Source: Bugula neritina
Lineage: Eukaryota; Animalia; Bryozoa
Length of the DNA: 64,000 bases
Assembly (NCBI GenBank): GCA_964035545.1
Contig: OZ037768.1
Span: forward strand, 20,381,700-20,445,699
Direction of reading: 5' to 3'
Of the stretch, positions 27,601-41,564 are shown one piece after another. The notes below the pieces were generated by a model. The model made no database searches. It was not told the origin of the DNA and worked only from the letters and a program-made list of their open reading frames with translations. Each line of letters begins with the position of its first letter. The stretch's first letter is position 1. The position numbers were made by a program, and so were the translations under genes.

Positions 27601-30600
27601 AAAAATATTCAATGAAAAAATAAAATTCATGTTTTACAGTTTCACACGTATTATTTTAGTAAATGATTCAAGACTGACTGAACCCATAAGTTACTAGTCA
27701 TGTGACTCCACCTTTAGTCATAGTGAGACTACTGAGAGTACTACTAGTAATAGTGAAGGCAGATTTACCTAAAGTCAAGACTATTCAAGGAATAGTTGTG
27801 TAATAAAGATTAATAGAATAACAAATTATGATTAAGTGAGGTGCTTTATATGGGTATTTGAATTTATAATTAAATATTAAAAATCATAATAAAATTATAA
27901 TAAATTTACTTAGATAGAGAACAAAGGGTGTTAACACCTGTATTTTAAAAGAATAATAAAAAATACCACAGAAAAGGGTTAAACAAGACTTCAGCAGGGA
28001 ATCTGCACTCTAGTCTCAGGGGTTTGCAAATTCCATTCTCATCTTTAATTTTTACAACTCAGTACTTCAAAGCGATTATTAAAATAATCCCGACTAAGAA
28101 GTTTGAAGTGTACTGAGAGATAGAGAGAGCCATGGAGGAGAGAGAAGGAGAGCAATGCTAGCGACAGCGATGGTGAGAGATGGTGAGAGAGTTGGTAGGA
28201 GAGATGATGGGAGATGGTGAGAGGGATGGTGGGAGATGGTGGGATAGATGGTGAAAGGGATGGTGGGATATGGTAGGATATGGTGGGAGAGATGTGGTGG
28301 TAGTGGTGGTGGTGGTAGTTAGTGGCTCCGATCATTAAAACTTTCTAACTTGGAATAACAACGTTCCCATTTATAGTAAATGCATTAATTATTACCTAAC
28401 AAATTACGAAATGTTACAAACTAGAATTTATTTATTTATTTAAATCTTTTGGAGAATTTACAAGAAAAAAACCCTGAAAACACACAGGAATGCCCTAATT
28501 ATAAATCTAAATAAAACTAAAGTCTGGATAAAAAAACAATTTGTAGGATATTTAGGAGGTGAAATACAGGAAAATTATTTATATAGAATTATTCCAAAAA
28601 TATGATAAATGAGGGAATAAGACGACATTGTGCAACTTGATATAAAATACCCATCAGCGTTGGGCTGAAACACTAACCTTGCATTCTTTAACAATGCATG
28701 GGTTAGTTTTGTCTCCCCACAAGGCTCCATTCTTATACGAGATACCATCTTCTTTACAGCCTGTCCATGAAATACACAAAATAAAGTATAATGGCGGTAA
28801 AAACATGCGCATAGCATGAATTTATACATAAAGTATCACAGCTAAATGTATATAGTGGAGATAAATATTACATATTTCATGTAATTATTAACCAAACTAT
28901 TTATCAGTTTTAAGAATTTTTGAAAATATAATTTATTAAATGAGGTTAGGTTTATTACACAGTTGACACACTGTTTTCATGTATTTAGGTTTATGCTATA
29001 GATTATTGTTACCATGTTTTCTACTAATTCATTCCCATAGTAAGCAAATAAATTGTAGTGGCTTGCTGCATTTCATAGTTAACTGTTGTAACTTTTATAT
29101 ATTAGAATATGTTATTAGATTGCACTATTTACTTTTATATTGCAGTGGCGTGAAAATAACAAAATTGTCTTTAATATAAATCAAGTATCGAATAGTAGGA
29201 CACAAGCATATGTATTAATTAGGTTTTAGGAAATCAGCATAGTAGACTGGTAATAGTGATTCAGGTGGTAGTCGTAATCACCATTCTGCACTAAGAGGGC
29301 TAATGACTTCAGAACTCTTAGCCTTGTAAGGTACAAAACCACAAAAACATGTAAATTATGTTGAGAAGTGCTTAAAGAAGTGAGTAGATTTAGCATTCTG
29401 CAACAGCCACAAGCCTTCTATAGATAGCCCGGTGGGTTAACCAGCTTCTTTTAAAATACACACTCCAGTCATTTCCAATAAAACTCTCATCAACCGTGTT
29501 TAGAAACTGTTTCATCATAAAAGGGCAGCCAGCCATACGCGATAACATTTAACCTGCAGCCAGACACCTCGGCATTATTAAATATTTATTCTGTGTTTTA
29601 AAATTGAGGCACTTGAATTTTAAGGAGTTGGGAATGAGTTTGTATTGCTAGCTGTCTGAGCCAGGTAAAGATGTTCCCCAAGTGCAAACAATGTTCCAGA
29701 TTCACCAAACCATGCTTCTTAGAGATAAATTCTACTATCTACTAAATGCAACTGTTAGTTCTATAAGGGTCTAAGACTGAGGGCTAGGACTATGTGTTGG
29801 GGAATAAGAATGTTATTTGGAAAAAAATCAAATAATTATCTTGAAGAAAATTATAAAAAAGTTTCATAGAAAATTTATTTAAATTTTATTATAGTTATAA
29901 CTGCATGTCTGTCAAATAGCAATAACCAACCTGCTATTTTACAAATGTCATAAAGCAATAGCACACTTACCATTGCATGTGTCATAAAGCAATAGCACAC
30001 TTACCATTGCATGTGTCATAAAGCAATAGCACACTTACCATTACATGTGGCGCAGCAGGAGCTGGCTGCCGTCCCGTACTGATAGGGTATTACATGGCAT
30101 CCCTCTAAACTTGGACACTCAGCTTTGCCACATTTGACCACCCCATTCTAAAACAGTATGCCATGACTCATTTAATCACAGGCTATGCAGGTAACACAGG
30201 CTATGCAGGTAACACAGGCTATGCAGGTAACAAAATACTGAATACAATCAAAGCAATAATTTTCGTATTTTACAACTTACTGCTCTTTTCTAAGATTTAG
30301 ACAATAGTTGCAATTTCATAACAGCCTAAATAATTCTTCACAAGAGTTTTGGAATAGCTATTTGAGAAAAAGATATTCATCTATATAAATACTATAATTC
30401 AAGGTTTGAGTCCATCAAACGAGTACAAATGTCTTATAAAGTCATACAATCTAATACCATCTCTCTTGATATTACGACACAGAGTCCTTCAATACTAAGA
30501 ATAGAAATGGAGATGACGCAAGGTAGGCCAGAGTTGGCCGCACCTGAGAGCTAAAGTACATCTGTGCACCGAACAGCGCAGGTTGGCAAGGTAAAGTGAA

Positions 30601-33146
30601 TACAAGCCTAGCCTTAACACCTGCGCAATGCATGTCGGTACCAGCTGCTCTTGTCAGCCTGCATCAGGCGAGTTTCAAAGAAATCATGCTTGCCTGCGAG
30701 CATTTGTTAAAAGTTGCAATAAATTACGTAAAAAATTAAGAACATTCTGCAGCAGAAGCCAATTATTGAATATAAGTAGTAATAGAGAAGTACAAATTTA
30801 ACCCAGACTTGCAAACATCGGTTTAAAATATGCGCTGAATATGCAGTATGATGTTCAGAGTGATAGACTGAGAACTGGAGCAAGTAGGTGAAGATAGGCT
30901 GCTACACAAGGCCTTCCATAGCCATGAACACAAGGAATGTGGCTGAGTGCAATGATGTGGTTGCCAAATGCTTTGCACAGACCCTATTGCAGAAAGATAT
31001 CTACACAATAGAAAGCTGTGATTAGCTAGAAGAGATGCACCAGTAAAGGAGAAATCAAATTTTCAGAGTTGAAATGAAGAGGGGATGTGAAAGTAGTCAG
31101 TATCTTCTCCTGCATGAATAGGCACTCGTTGGCAACATGTCCACGTAATTAAAAATTGATCGAAAAGATAAGAGAATAAATTCAATGTCACACCTATGCA
31201 ATCCTGATAATAATATTTATATTTTCCATAACCCAGCAAGAAATTTATGAGCCAACTAAGTGGAGTTTTATATATCTTAAAGCCCCATTTATAATTTATC
31301 GTGTTGTGAAATATTTGCAGCAGTTTCACCCTAAAGAAAGGGTTTTACATGAGTAAGTCATGACATTGTTAGTGGCAGTATTACAGGCTACTATAAACAT
31401 AATATTATCATATTCATATTATTTTCTTGACTCATGCAGTGACTCCAAGCTACAAGATTTCATGTCTGCCTGTCCACTAAAACTCCTCTACATAACCTGC
31501 CCTGATATGTGATGAGATTTCTAAGGTGATATTACAATAGAGTGAAATACGATAATAGCAGGCATTATAACAATATGACTGCCTCACTGTTATGCATTCA
31601 ATAACTTAATTGATCACATTAACAATCAAAGAAGATTTCGAAGGAATTGAACAGATATCTAGCAACTTTGATGAGTAACTATAAATAGACAATCCAAGTT
31701 CCAGCCCAGACGAATTACAACACATAAATTCCACCAAGAAATCTTCTCAATGTAATGACCCAAACGTATTAGGTTTTCAAACAATAACTTTGAATAACAC
31801 AGAAAATCGCCAGAAGCAAAATTAATTCAACTAGACTGCTAGCTGCTTCAGTGATTGTAAAGAAGTTATATATGATTCCTATGTAAGACTCTTCAGAATG
31901 ATGTCTATGCAAAAACTAAAAAACGTAATAGCATGAGCTACAGGGATGCTAGCGTGGGAAAAGGAGGGGGAGGGTAGGCTGCAACATTCTAAAACCTAAC
32001 TTCAATTCCACTAGTTGAGGAACCCAATCTATTATTAGCTGCTTTGCTGTACTTGCAGGATGTGACAGAAGAAAAGTGTGCCAAGCAGTGGAGCCTATGG
32101 CATACATAATGCATCACTTTAGCATGTTGTTGGTATACATATTATCATAATATTTTAATGCAGTGATAATGGTGTAGTGGTAGGCCATTAGGACTACAGC
32201 TATTCAGTATAGTATAAGAGAGAAAGAGAGGACTGATAAGTACATACTTTACAGTAGCAGTGCATACACGGGTCCACTGCTTCTATAAAATCTAGATCCA
32301 CTCTCTCCCCTTCATTGCTACATTTCTGCTCCTCCCCTGCAATATATATACACTTGTGATACCCCAAATTTCTAGTGCAGCAAGTCTTTTAGATTTTGCT
32401 ATATAATAACTCCACTACAGTACACAACAGTGACCACATTACAGTAGTTGCAATCACTACACTACAGCAACTACACTACAACAACTACACTACAGCAACC
32501 ACATAACAGTACCTAATTATTACACTCAACCAAACCATAATGAACATTACACTACACAAGAAATAATGTGAAGGTAATGTAGAACATAACTTTAGCAGTA
32601 TTTGCAATACATACACGTTACAGTGCCAAAAATATAACATGTAAAAGTCGTCATTAGATTAGATATAATATAGGAAGTGGATATGATGCTGAAATATTGC
32701 TATCAGTAAGCTGAAAGGTTGCACACTTTCCCACATGACCAACCAATTATTACACAATTATAATTAGGCTAGTGTAGATAGCATACCTCATGTTAATTTT
32801 ATTAAACAACTACACTCATTCCATGCTACATAGTGTCTAAGTTAGGAAGATAGAATGTTATGCTTATCAACTACAACATATAAGAATATTCCTTGAATTG
32901 TAAAAACATAAAACATTGCACCACAACATAAAACAATCCCTTAATTATCTTTTTAGTTTTTAAGAAATTTTCTGCACATATCTTTTTTTATTCTAAAATT
33001 TCCCCCAAACAAGAAAATGAACTAATTTGAGTATAAGACCTACCTGCTGCCAGCATTGCCGATGTTGACGAGATAAAATATGTAAGACAAAATATGAAAT
33101 ATATAAATGAGCACCCATGACGCCGTATCCAGTACAGCATGTTCAT
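18682..33146 (-). CDS. BMPER: Crossveinless-2 / BMP-binding endothelial regulator, 16 coding exons, 645 aa
   Basis: Exons 5'->3': 33146-33044, 32336-32248, 30147-30039, 28760-28678, 27457-27281, 26697-26598, 25062-24956, 24108-23959, 23209-23053, 22962-22892, 22792-22637, 21954-21800, 21351-21189, 20821-20700, 19204-19057, 18729-18682. All GT-AG and phase-compatible (1938 nt). Signal peptide, KCSNEGE...DPCMHCYC N-terminus, five vWC repeats (CxxCxC...CCPxC), VWD domain with CTVFGDPHYVTFD and TCGMCGNFNG, then a C8-like Cys domain. Confidence 0.95.
23257..23340. repeat. Degenerate ~19-bp tandem repeat (actacaggtgacaatgtat) x~4
   Basis: Direct reading; intronic, about 50 nt from a BMPER acceptor. 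Confidence 0.8.
23785..23883. repeat. 20-bp tandem repeat (actcactatttcactgaaWa) x5
   Basis: Direct reading; explains the THYFTENS-type repeats in ORF 23724..23915. Confidence 0.9.
24134..24260. repeat. Pentanucleotide microsatellite (TAGTA/TAGTC/TAGTG)n
   Basis: Direct reading; ends about 25 nt from the BMPER acceptor at 24109. Confidence 0.95.
28115..28320. repeat. Purine-rich degenerate repeat (GGTGGGAGAT-like)
   Basis: G/A-rich low-complexity tract; gives the spurious His/Pro/Ser ORF 28045..28335. Confidence 0.8.
29946..30049. repeat. 34-bp tandem triplication containing a BMPER exon/intron donor junction
   Basis: Unit tgtcataaagcaatagcacacttaccattRcatg at 29946, 29980 and 30014. Each copy holds AATG|GTAAGT on the minus strand. 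Confidence 0.95.
30177..30232. repeat. 18-bp tandem repeat (cacaggctatgcaggtaa) x3
   Basis: Direct reading; about 30 nt from the acceptor of the same BMPER exon. Confidence 0.9.
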
Positions 33147-36100
33147 GCCTTGTGTGAGCGGATTCAGTGTTTCAACAGGAAATAATATGAAATTCAAAGT
33201 ACATTAGTGTTGGAGATGTTAAAGACATTTGCAGAAAATACCTACTTCACGGTGCTTATATACCACTGTAATATATACATGAGGATTATAGCTATATAGT
33301 ATTTACAAGAATGTAAACATATAACTTAATTACACGGGTCAAACCGCGTGTTCCGATTGGTGATTGGTTAACCATGCTATTAACAAGTAATACCTGTTGG
33401 ATATGAATGGTTTAGGCTCCACCTACTAAGAGTCGTAACCGTAATCACTGTCAGACTCATCAAAGGGGTTTATTTTATGCGGACCGGGATTAGAGTCAGA
33501 CAATAAGATCGGCTAGTGCTTACTCGCGGTCGAAAATACATCAGTTATGTGATAATACCGAGCAACTAAAGGGCACCAGTTATTAATTAGACATAAGGAA
33601 GACAGACAAGTTGGGACATGAGCTTGAAATTGTACTAGTGTGTCTAGCTTTCTCATAATAGTTTATTTATAATTTAAGGTTTATTAAAACTTTTCATTTG
33701 AAGAGAATGAGTAATAGGCCCGCCTGACTGGCACACACACACATTACATCTGACAACATTATTGTATTGTGAATGCAGCTGGCCCTTGAAATGAGTCAAT
33801 TCAAGAAAAGTCACTCTATTATGCAATCGATACAAGGGATATTTGAACTGTAATAAAATAAGCACATCAAAAAGTAATTCCTCAGAATGAGTTTAATTCC
33901 AGTCCCTATTGTTGTTTGACTTCATAACCATCTACAGTACAATGCAGAGTTCATGAGAGCTTTGCACTACACAGCCATAAACCCTTCAGGCACCAAACCA
34001 CTTAGTCTTAAGACCCCCTCACTTTTTAACCTCCATCCACCCCCAGAAAACCAAAATGAGTCATTTATTTTACAAAACCAGAATTTTTGCAAACACTTCC
34101 TTGTAATGCACAACTAATAAATGGCATGAATATTATTTTGTATGCTTGTAAATTGAGTTGCTTCAACATTTTATGATCTGTGAATATTGTGGCTACATAA
34201 TCTTACATGCAGAGCTTAGAATGCTAAAGTTGGTGCATTTTCAGAGGTAGTAAAATCATACTAATAGGCTGGGAGTATAAATTCTGTTCATACATGGGGT
34301 TCCTTTATTATATATATAGATATATATAATCTTATACAACATATATTTCATATTATATCATATATATTATATTTAATATTTCATATTATATATGTTATAT
34401 TTTATATTACATTATATATATTATATTTCATATTATATTTCATATTATATGTTATATTATATTATATTTTATATATTATATGTTGTGTTATATATATATA
34501 TATCATCTATTATTTATATGGTACCTACAGGAAAATTTTCAAAATGAGACAGACAAAACAAATACACAAATTCAAAAATAATACAATTTAAGTTCCAACA
34601 AAGTTTTTTCCTGACCAAATAACAAACTGTTTGTGGGAGAGTAACCATCACCACGTTGGTAAAAATATAGCACCATAGAAACTCAAAGCAAAAGAGTTTG
34701 AAAGGTCAAGTGAAAATCTCTTTAATTCGCATTCTAGTTTATATAATGGTATTTTCCGCAACTCTGCACAAACAGCAGATCAAAGATTCACAAAAATGTG
34801 TGGACAGAAAGTATAGATATTTATATGATACTAATAATAGAATTAGAACCGTAATAATACCAGATTTACACAAAAAATCCACACAAAAAGCATTGCTGGA
34901 AATTAATTATTCGTGAATTATTTAATAGAGAAAACCAAAACAGTTATCAGGTGTAAACAATAAGGACAGTGAGGGTTGATCAATCAGTGAACATTGGCAA
35001 TAACATGAGCATTCCCGATCAATACTCAGGCCTCAAAAGATCATTAATGCAGGCATTCATGTAGATAATAGAACTTAAACAAGCAATAATACATGTACAA
35101 TGAGCCATGATACTATTTGTGTTAATTAAACACAAAGTTGTTAATTACCACTCTCAAACTTTTGTTGTCAATATTTGAGCAAAATCTGTTTCTTTGTCAC
35201 TGCATAGGCAAATTATCTTTGAAAAATGTCACAGGAAAATGCTTTGAAATAAATTAGCAGTGTTACCTAGTGTAAAGAGAAGATAATCCTACTTGATAAA
35301 ATAATCTTTTGAGAACCAAATAGCTCAGTTAGACAGAAGTGCGTTGAGATACTACATTAGAGAAACTCATTTTTGCTTATTAAAATATTTTCTGAATTCA
35401 CCACGTTTAAAAATTTGTAGGCTTTAAGTTGTCTACTCTTGAATTAAGTTAATTATATTTGTGATCAACCTCTTCTTTCCCCATACAAGAATAATTATCT
35501 GTTTTACCTATCTTACCGAATTGATAATTTGAATATTGAATAATTTGTGTCACTAATATAACATTTTACATTGATACCTATGATTACCGTTATTTTATAT
35601 GCAATACCCATTATTATATATGTAATGCCCACTATTTCATATTTAATATCACACATTTTATATGCAATGCAATACAATTATACCCATCATATATTGTTTA
35701 GATATTACCAGCAAATTTTTAAATAAACAAATAAGATGAATAAATGCAATATAATGGAGTCTAAACTCCAACTATTATTCTATATGTAAAACTCACAATT
35801 CTAAATTTTATGTTTATTTAACTTTGCAGTAATTATAAGTAAATTGATCTCATATACAGACATAGTTTGAGTGATGGTATGTACAGCCAAAGATTCATTT
35901 AAATATTATAACATTATGTCATAATTTTAACATAATAGCATTTATTCTAGTGCTTCCTTCCCAGCGTAAACTACCCTCATTTTGCAAATACATATCTTAA
36001 CGAAAAGTAGCCAAATTATAATAGCTGGAATGAAACATTAAAATTAATAATTTCACTTGAAACAGATCAATTTATATAATAATATATTTATATATGCGCA

Positions 36101-36248
36101 TAGTTGGTTATCAAATCTCATAAAAGTGCTTCAATGCTTGGTGAGCTAATTATAAAAAATAAAGTTTATTGAAGATGAAATCAAAATGATCGAGTTATAA
36201 TGCTACCACTTCATTTTGCAGGTGAAGCCCACTATTCAGGTATAAAAT

Positions 36249-36355
36249 AAAACTCACTCAAGCAAGTTTATAGTTGCCATCCCTGTGAGAAAACCCCTGA
36301 TGGAAGGTTTTTTTTTGTTAAATCGGCTAAGGACTTATTCAGATGGGGGCACAGG
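36249..36355 (-). mobile_element. Second, more truncated copy of the SINE at 7194-7365
   Basis: Reverse complement reads cctgtgcccccatctgaataagtccttagccgatttaacaaaaaaaaccttccatcaggggttttctcacagggatggcaactataaacttgcttgagtgagtt, aligning to about 7263-7360. Flanked by the 12-bp direct repeat caggtataaaat (36237-36248 and 36352-36363). Confidence 0.85.
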
Positions 36356-37058
36356 TATAAAATTTATTTTAAAACAATTTAAAACAATTATGCTGGTTTC
36401 GCATCTACATAATATATATTAGACAAGTTTATGCAAGCCCCCTTGTCTTATACTTGTGTGAACACTAATAGAATAATAGAGCTTGGTGCTGTGTAGTGCA
36501 GAAACTAGATTAAGTTAAGAAGAACAGAGACAGCTGGTCATGCAAAGGTGGCTGATGTAGTCTGAGCATTTCAAATATTAAAGTCAATGCTGATGTAGAG
36601 TCTTGTGATGTTAGATAAGTCTGGTTCCAGATAGCTAAATTATGTAAACAACAACAAAATAGTCTGAAATATAAAGGTTTTGAATGTTTAATTGCCATTA
36701 AAGGGCTGGGTATATAACAACATGAAGGATTCTCTTAGACACATGATGCCTGTAACCTGAAAATACATATAGCTGAACACCAACAGGCGAAACTTAAACT
36801 GTCTATTATATTTTTGGAAAACAATTCAGAAAGATAAGACACATTTATATAATTTAATATTATGAAATTGTAATCTAAATTATCAGAGGAGACCCCATTG
36901 TAACAATATTTTAGCTAAAACTAGGCGACCAAGTGTCATGACTAAGTCTCATGAACTCTCAGACAGTAAAGTGTTGTCCATTGTCCACAGCTAAGAAAGA
37001 CCTGCTAAAAGCAAGAACAATGGTAAGTCTGGCCAGTCTGAACATGTTGGATACTCAC

Positions 37059-37119
37059 CAAACTAGATGGTTCTGTCACAAGCAATAGAATCTTCTACTT
37101 TCCTAATCCTCTTGGTGAC
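37059..37119 (-). other. Candidate non-coding 5'UTR exon of BMPER
   Basis: 61 nt bounded by tttgttgctag| and |gtgagta, lying between the BMPER ATG exon and the CpG/CCAAT island near 40.5 kb. Confidence 0.45.
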
Positions 37120-40100
37120 CTAGCAACAAATTTGGATACAAATGAAAAACTAACAAACCTTAGTCGACCACATTGCTATGTAGAGGTGAAAGGGAGACGT
37201 TTAAAATTCACTTGTGAGGAGAATTAACCAATTTAAGTGCAATGATGGAGAAATTTTATTAGCCGAAGTTTTTTTAACTTTTTAGTGTGGAATAATTGAG
37301 ATTTTCATGAGAACATAACTACTAATCTAGAGCATAGGCTTGTCTCAATTTCTCTATTTGCACCTACCTAAATTAGCCAAACACTTGTAATTATAAGTCT
37401 ATTAATTTCTTCTACGCTATGATTACAAATTTCAATTTTTGTCAACTTTACTCAAATAAAAAATATAAAGAAAAACTAAATAATTTTTTTTAAAAAAAGC
37501 AACATTAAAATTAAAATATTAAGTACCTATATAATGAAAATTTAAACCATAAAACCATTAATTATTGGCATGATTTCATGTTGAATGTTGAAAGTTCCTT
37601 GCAAATTTATGGACACACAAATTATATTAGAACATAATAACTATGCATTACGCTGTAGAATGTTTCAATACAGGAGACAACAACTCCAATATTTCTAGTT
37701 TTGCAAAATTCATAATTATGCAGTTACTTTTATGATTGCTAACATGGCTTCATGTAAATATAAGAAATGTTGGACAAAATCTAAGACACAGTTTATAATA
37801 AGTGTGTGTGCCATTTATTTTCTATTTGTGTTGGTTCAATTATTTTCATCATACTCAACATTTTAGGAAAAATCTCACCAAAGCTTATTTTTTTTAGTTG
37901 GCAAATTTAAAAATAGATTGATAGTGTAATGCGTGGAGGCTCACTTCACACACTGATAAGGGAATTGGTGCTGTAAAAGCTCAAACCCCATTGCCAGCCA
38001 ACACGCTAATTTTTCCAACTTTTGATTTGTAGGCAAGAGCTATTCAAGGTTCAAAGTCTAAGTCAATAATAACAAAGGATTCAAACAGATTCAGACATGT
38101 ATCGTGAGAATCATAAATGTGGCCATAAAATTTTTCTTGATTACTATGATAGACCGATAAATTTGAGTTTTTGGACAAGAAATTTGCTTTTATCCACACA
38201 CACTATGTTCTTCACAGAAACGAATTACAAAACCAATGTAGTTACAGAAACCCTTTTCACTCAATAAATTTAGTTGGAAGGATTTTAAAATGTAACTTGA
38301 TATAAAAAAGTGATACATTTTATAGCATTACTTTGTTTTAAATAGTATATTATCTTTCAAATTTGGAAATACCATACTTAACAATTATATAAAGGGCATT
38401 GCAATATATACTCTTGTTTGGACTAAACAAAACTTTTAAACAGACAGCAATTAGAGCTGTAAGATCAAACTGTAGCTGCAGATAAAGGGCAGCACAGGGA
38501 TTATAAAAAGTCTAAGGATGAGATTGACTAGCTGAGTGTATTTCATCATAGAATAAAAATGCAAATTAATAATTTCTTTTCGAACTACTTTTAAAAAATT
38601 CTACACTTAGACACATTTGGCATCAAATCATTCACATTCAAATATTATAAGGAGAAATGTTCAACAAACTGGAGTTACTAATTGCTCAAATACTAACTGA
38701 GAGAATTAACATTCTACAACTTTCTTGCCCTCTGCTAAAAAGAATGGTTTGCAGCCATCAATAGGATGTGCGTGACAAGCACCCCTAACACATAACTGAG
38801 TGCCGGTTGTTATATACTTCAGACCACCAAATAACTATGCACAATACACACACACAGCTCTTAATTTAGTATTCAAAGCAGCCAACAACAAATTAAATAA
38901 CAATAAGCTAACAATAACTACTAAGAGAGTTTATTTAATATTTATGAAACATATACTAAGGCACTTTGAACATCACTTGTTTTTAAATATCTCTCAATTC
39001 AACGACAACACCATCTAAATTACTATTTCTATGTATATGGGAACAGTGAGAAATGGTGAGAAGCTGACTTGAAATATGATTGCCTAAAAATAGCCAACTT
39101 TTTTTGGGTTTAACAATTCAATATTTCAAACAAATGATTATTTAATAAAGTACTTTCTGGTTTAGCTTTAAAATCGAATAGTATAAAATATAACAATTAA
39201 CATCATTATGATAATTATTATGATTATGGAAATACCTGGCCATATTGACTATAGCCATAAGCACTATGAGTATGGTTAGATTTTGAATATGATCATTATC
39301 AACTATCAACTTGAGTAATCATCATCAGTGTTCTGCTTTGTGATCATGACAGTGGTTAAACAGCAAACTGAAATTTGGCTATAAAATTAAATGTAAATAT
39401 TTCATCAAAGCAGACACTGAGAGTGAGAACAAGAAGCACTGTTCAACTCAAAGTAAAAGCATAGACACTATTAGTATTAGTATTACTATTAGCATTAGTA
39501 TTACACTTACAGTAATAGTAATACTAATAGTAATCCTATTAGTAATACTATAAGTATAACATTAACTATTGATATTATTAATATTATTACTATTATTAGT
39601 ATAACTATAAGTGCAAGTATTAGCATTCAACTTCAAGTGAAATAGAGTTACACTTACTAAAAGTAAATAAAAAGCAAACAACTTGGAGTGATTAGTATAA
39701 CATTACCAATATAAATATGAATAAGTGAGTGAGTATAACTATAAGATTAAATAATACATTTTTATTTACTATTAGTATTAGTATTACTATTAGTATTACT
39801 ACTACTATTAGTATTACTATTAGTATTAGATTAACTCTATTAGTATTACTAATGGTATTACTATCACTATTAGACTTAGTACTAGCATTACTATTACTAT
39901 TACTAATGAGTAATGAGTAATACTTATACTAATAGTAATACCAATAGTAATAGTAGACGTAGTACTAGTAGCATTGCCATTACTACTTTACTAGGCATTA
40001 GTATAAGTATTACTCGTTAGTCACTAGTTATTGTTTATTATAAATAATATTAATATAAGTGCTACTATATTAAATGGGCAAATGATAAGTTATTGATTGC

Positions 40101-40189
40101 ACTAATTCAAAGGTTGAAGGGCACATACAAGTAGTGATATGATATTGAATTTGATATTTTTTTCTATTTAATTTTATATAGTATTAGTG

Positions 40190-40860
40190 AGTTGTACATC
40201 CGTCTGCATTGATCGCATAGAATTGTTTTATAAGCAGCTCTGAGTTGAGAGTGACTGAGTGCAGTAGTTTGTAGTTCTGGAGTTTAGAGTTGGGGGGGCT
40301 TAATAAAACCCAACTCTAACTTTGAGACTCCCAAACTACTGCATTCGATCATCCCCAACTTGGAGCTGTTTATTGTGTGCACGTAAAATAACCTTGAACT
40401 CGTTCGAGCGTCACTTAATTTATATAAGTAGCAACACTGGACTGGAATATAATGAATATTTATTTGATTCTCGTGAGCCAGTATCAATGAAGACTCGTAG
40501 GAATTTTGCTATGCTATGAATTTTGATAGGTCTTGCAAATACGAGATTGCATTGGTGCAATAAAATAGTAATGTGCAAGATCACTGATGCAAGATTGGCT
40601 GTTAGCTATTGTCCAATGAGGCGATGTATTTTCTATGGTCTGATTCAAAGTTGTAGGTTTCTAGCATGCAGAGGGTATGACCATAGCACGTGTAACATGA
40701 GTGTTAACTTTCCGTTTTACTGTAACTGTAGTACTATTAATATTAACATTACTATTACTATTAGGGTATGCTGAACTGGAATTTTGCAGTTCAACGTTAC
40801 TGTTCGTTTAGAGGCACTCGTGCCGGTACTAGAAGTAGATGTTAACAAAGTAAACCTTTG
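40190..40860. promoter_or_regulatory. Probable bidirectional promoter for BMPER (minus) and Elovl2/5 (plus)
   Basis: CpG-enriched island between divergent genes with three CCAAT boxes (ATTGG 40551-40555, ATTGG 40594-40598, CCAAT 40613-40617) and E-box CACGTG (40687-40692). Flanked on both sides by hexamer-periodic tracts. Confidence 0.55.
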
Positions 40861-41354
40861 GCTTTTGAATTTCATTAATTCTGCACGAAATAATATTAAC
40901 TTTTAGACTTTAAGTTTAGTACTAGTACACTAATAACTAATACTAATAGTAATACACTAATAGAGTAATACTAATAGTAATAGTAATAGTAACAGTAATA
41001 CTAATACTAATAATATTGCAACACTAATACTAATAGTATTACTGTAATAGTCAATGTTATTACTAATAGTAATAGTAATACCAATACTGGCAATAGTAAT
41101 ATTAATAAATACTTTAAGTTAAACTTGAAGTACTACTACTACATTTGCAATTACTGATTTGTTGAAATTACTATAAGTGAGTATAACTATAAGTTAATGT
41201 ATAAGTAATACTTATACTAATAGTAATACTAATAGTATTACTTATTACCAAAAGTTTTACTATAATTTATCATTATCATTGTGGTTATCAATATATCATT
41301 ATTATTATTATGTAAATCATTATCATTATGATTATGAGTGATACTGGTAGTGAT

Positions 41355-41564
41355 GGTGTCTGGTAAAAATGGCACAGGTAATAATGGTATAAGTGGCAAA
41401 GTAGGTAAAAATGGCACACTTTCAAAATTAGGGTTTGGAATGAGGAGTTTGGGTTTGGGGATGGGGGTTTGATTTTGGGGTTTGGGAAAATTTAACATCA
41501 GTGTGCCATTTTTACTTACTTAATATTTGTGCCATTATTACCTGTGACATTTTTACCTACTATC
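41355..41564. mobile_element. MITE, probably Mutator/foldback-type, with telomere-like G-rich core
   Basis: Terminal inverted repeats ggtaaaaatggcacaggtaataatgg / ccattattacctgtgacatttttacc, an inner inverted pair (41401-41420 / 41500-41519), a core of ttaggg/tttggg repeats, and a 9-bp flanking direct repeat g(g/a)tagtgat (41346-41354 and 41565-41573). Confidence 0.8.
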
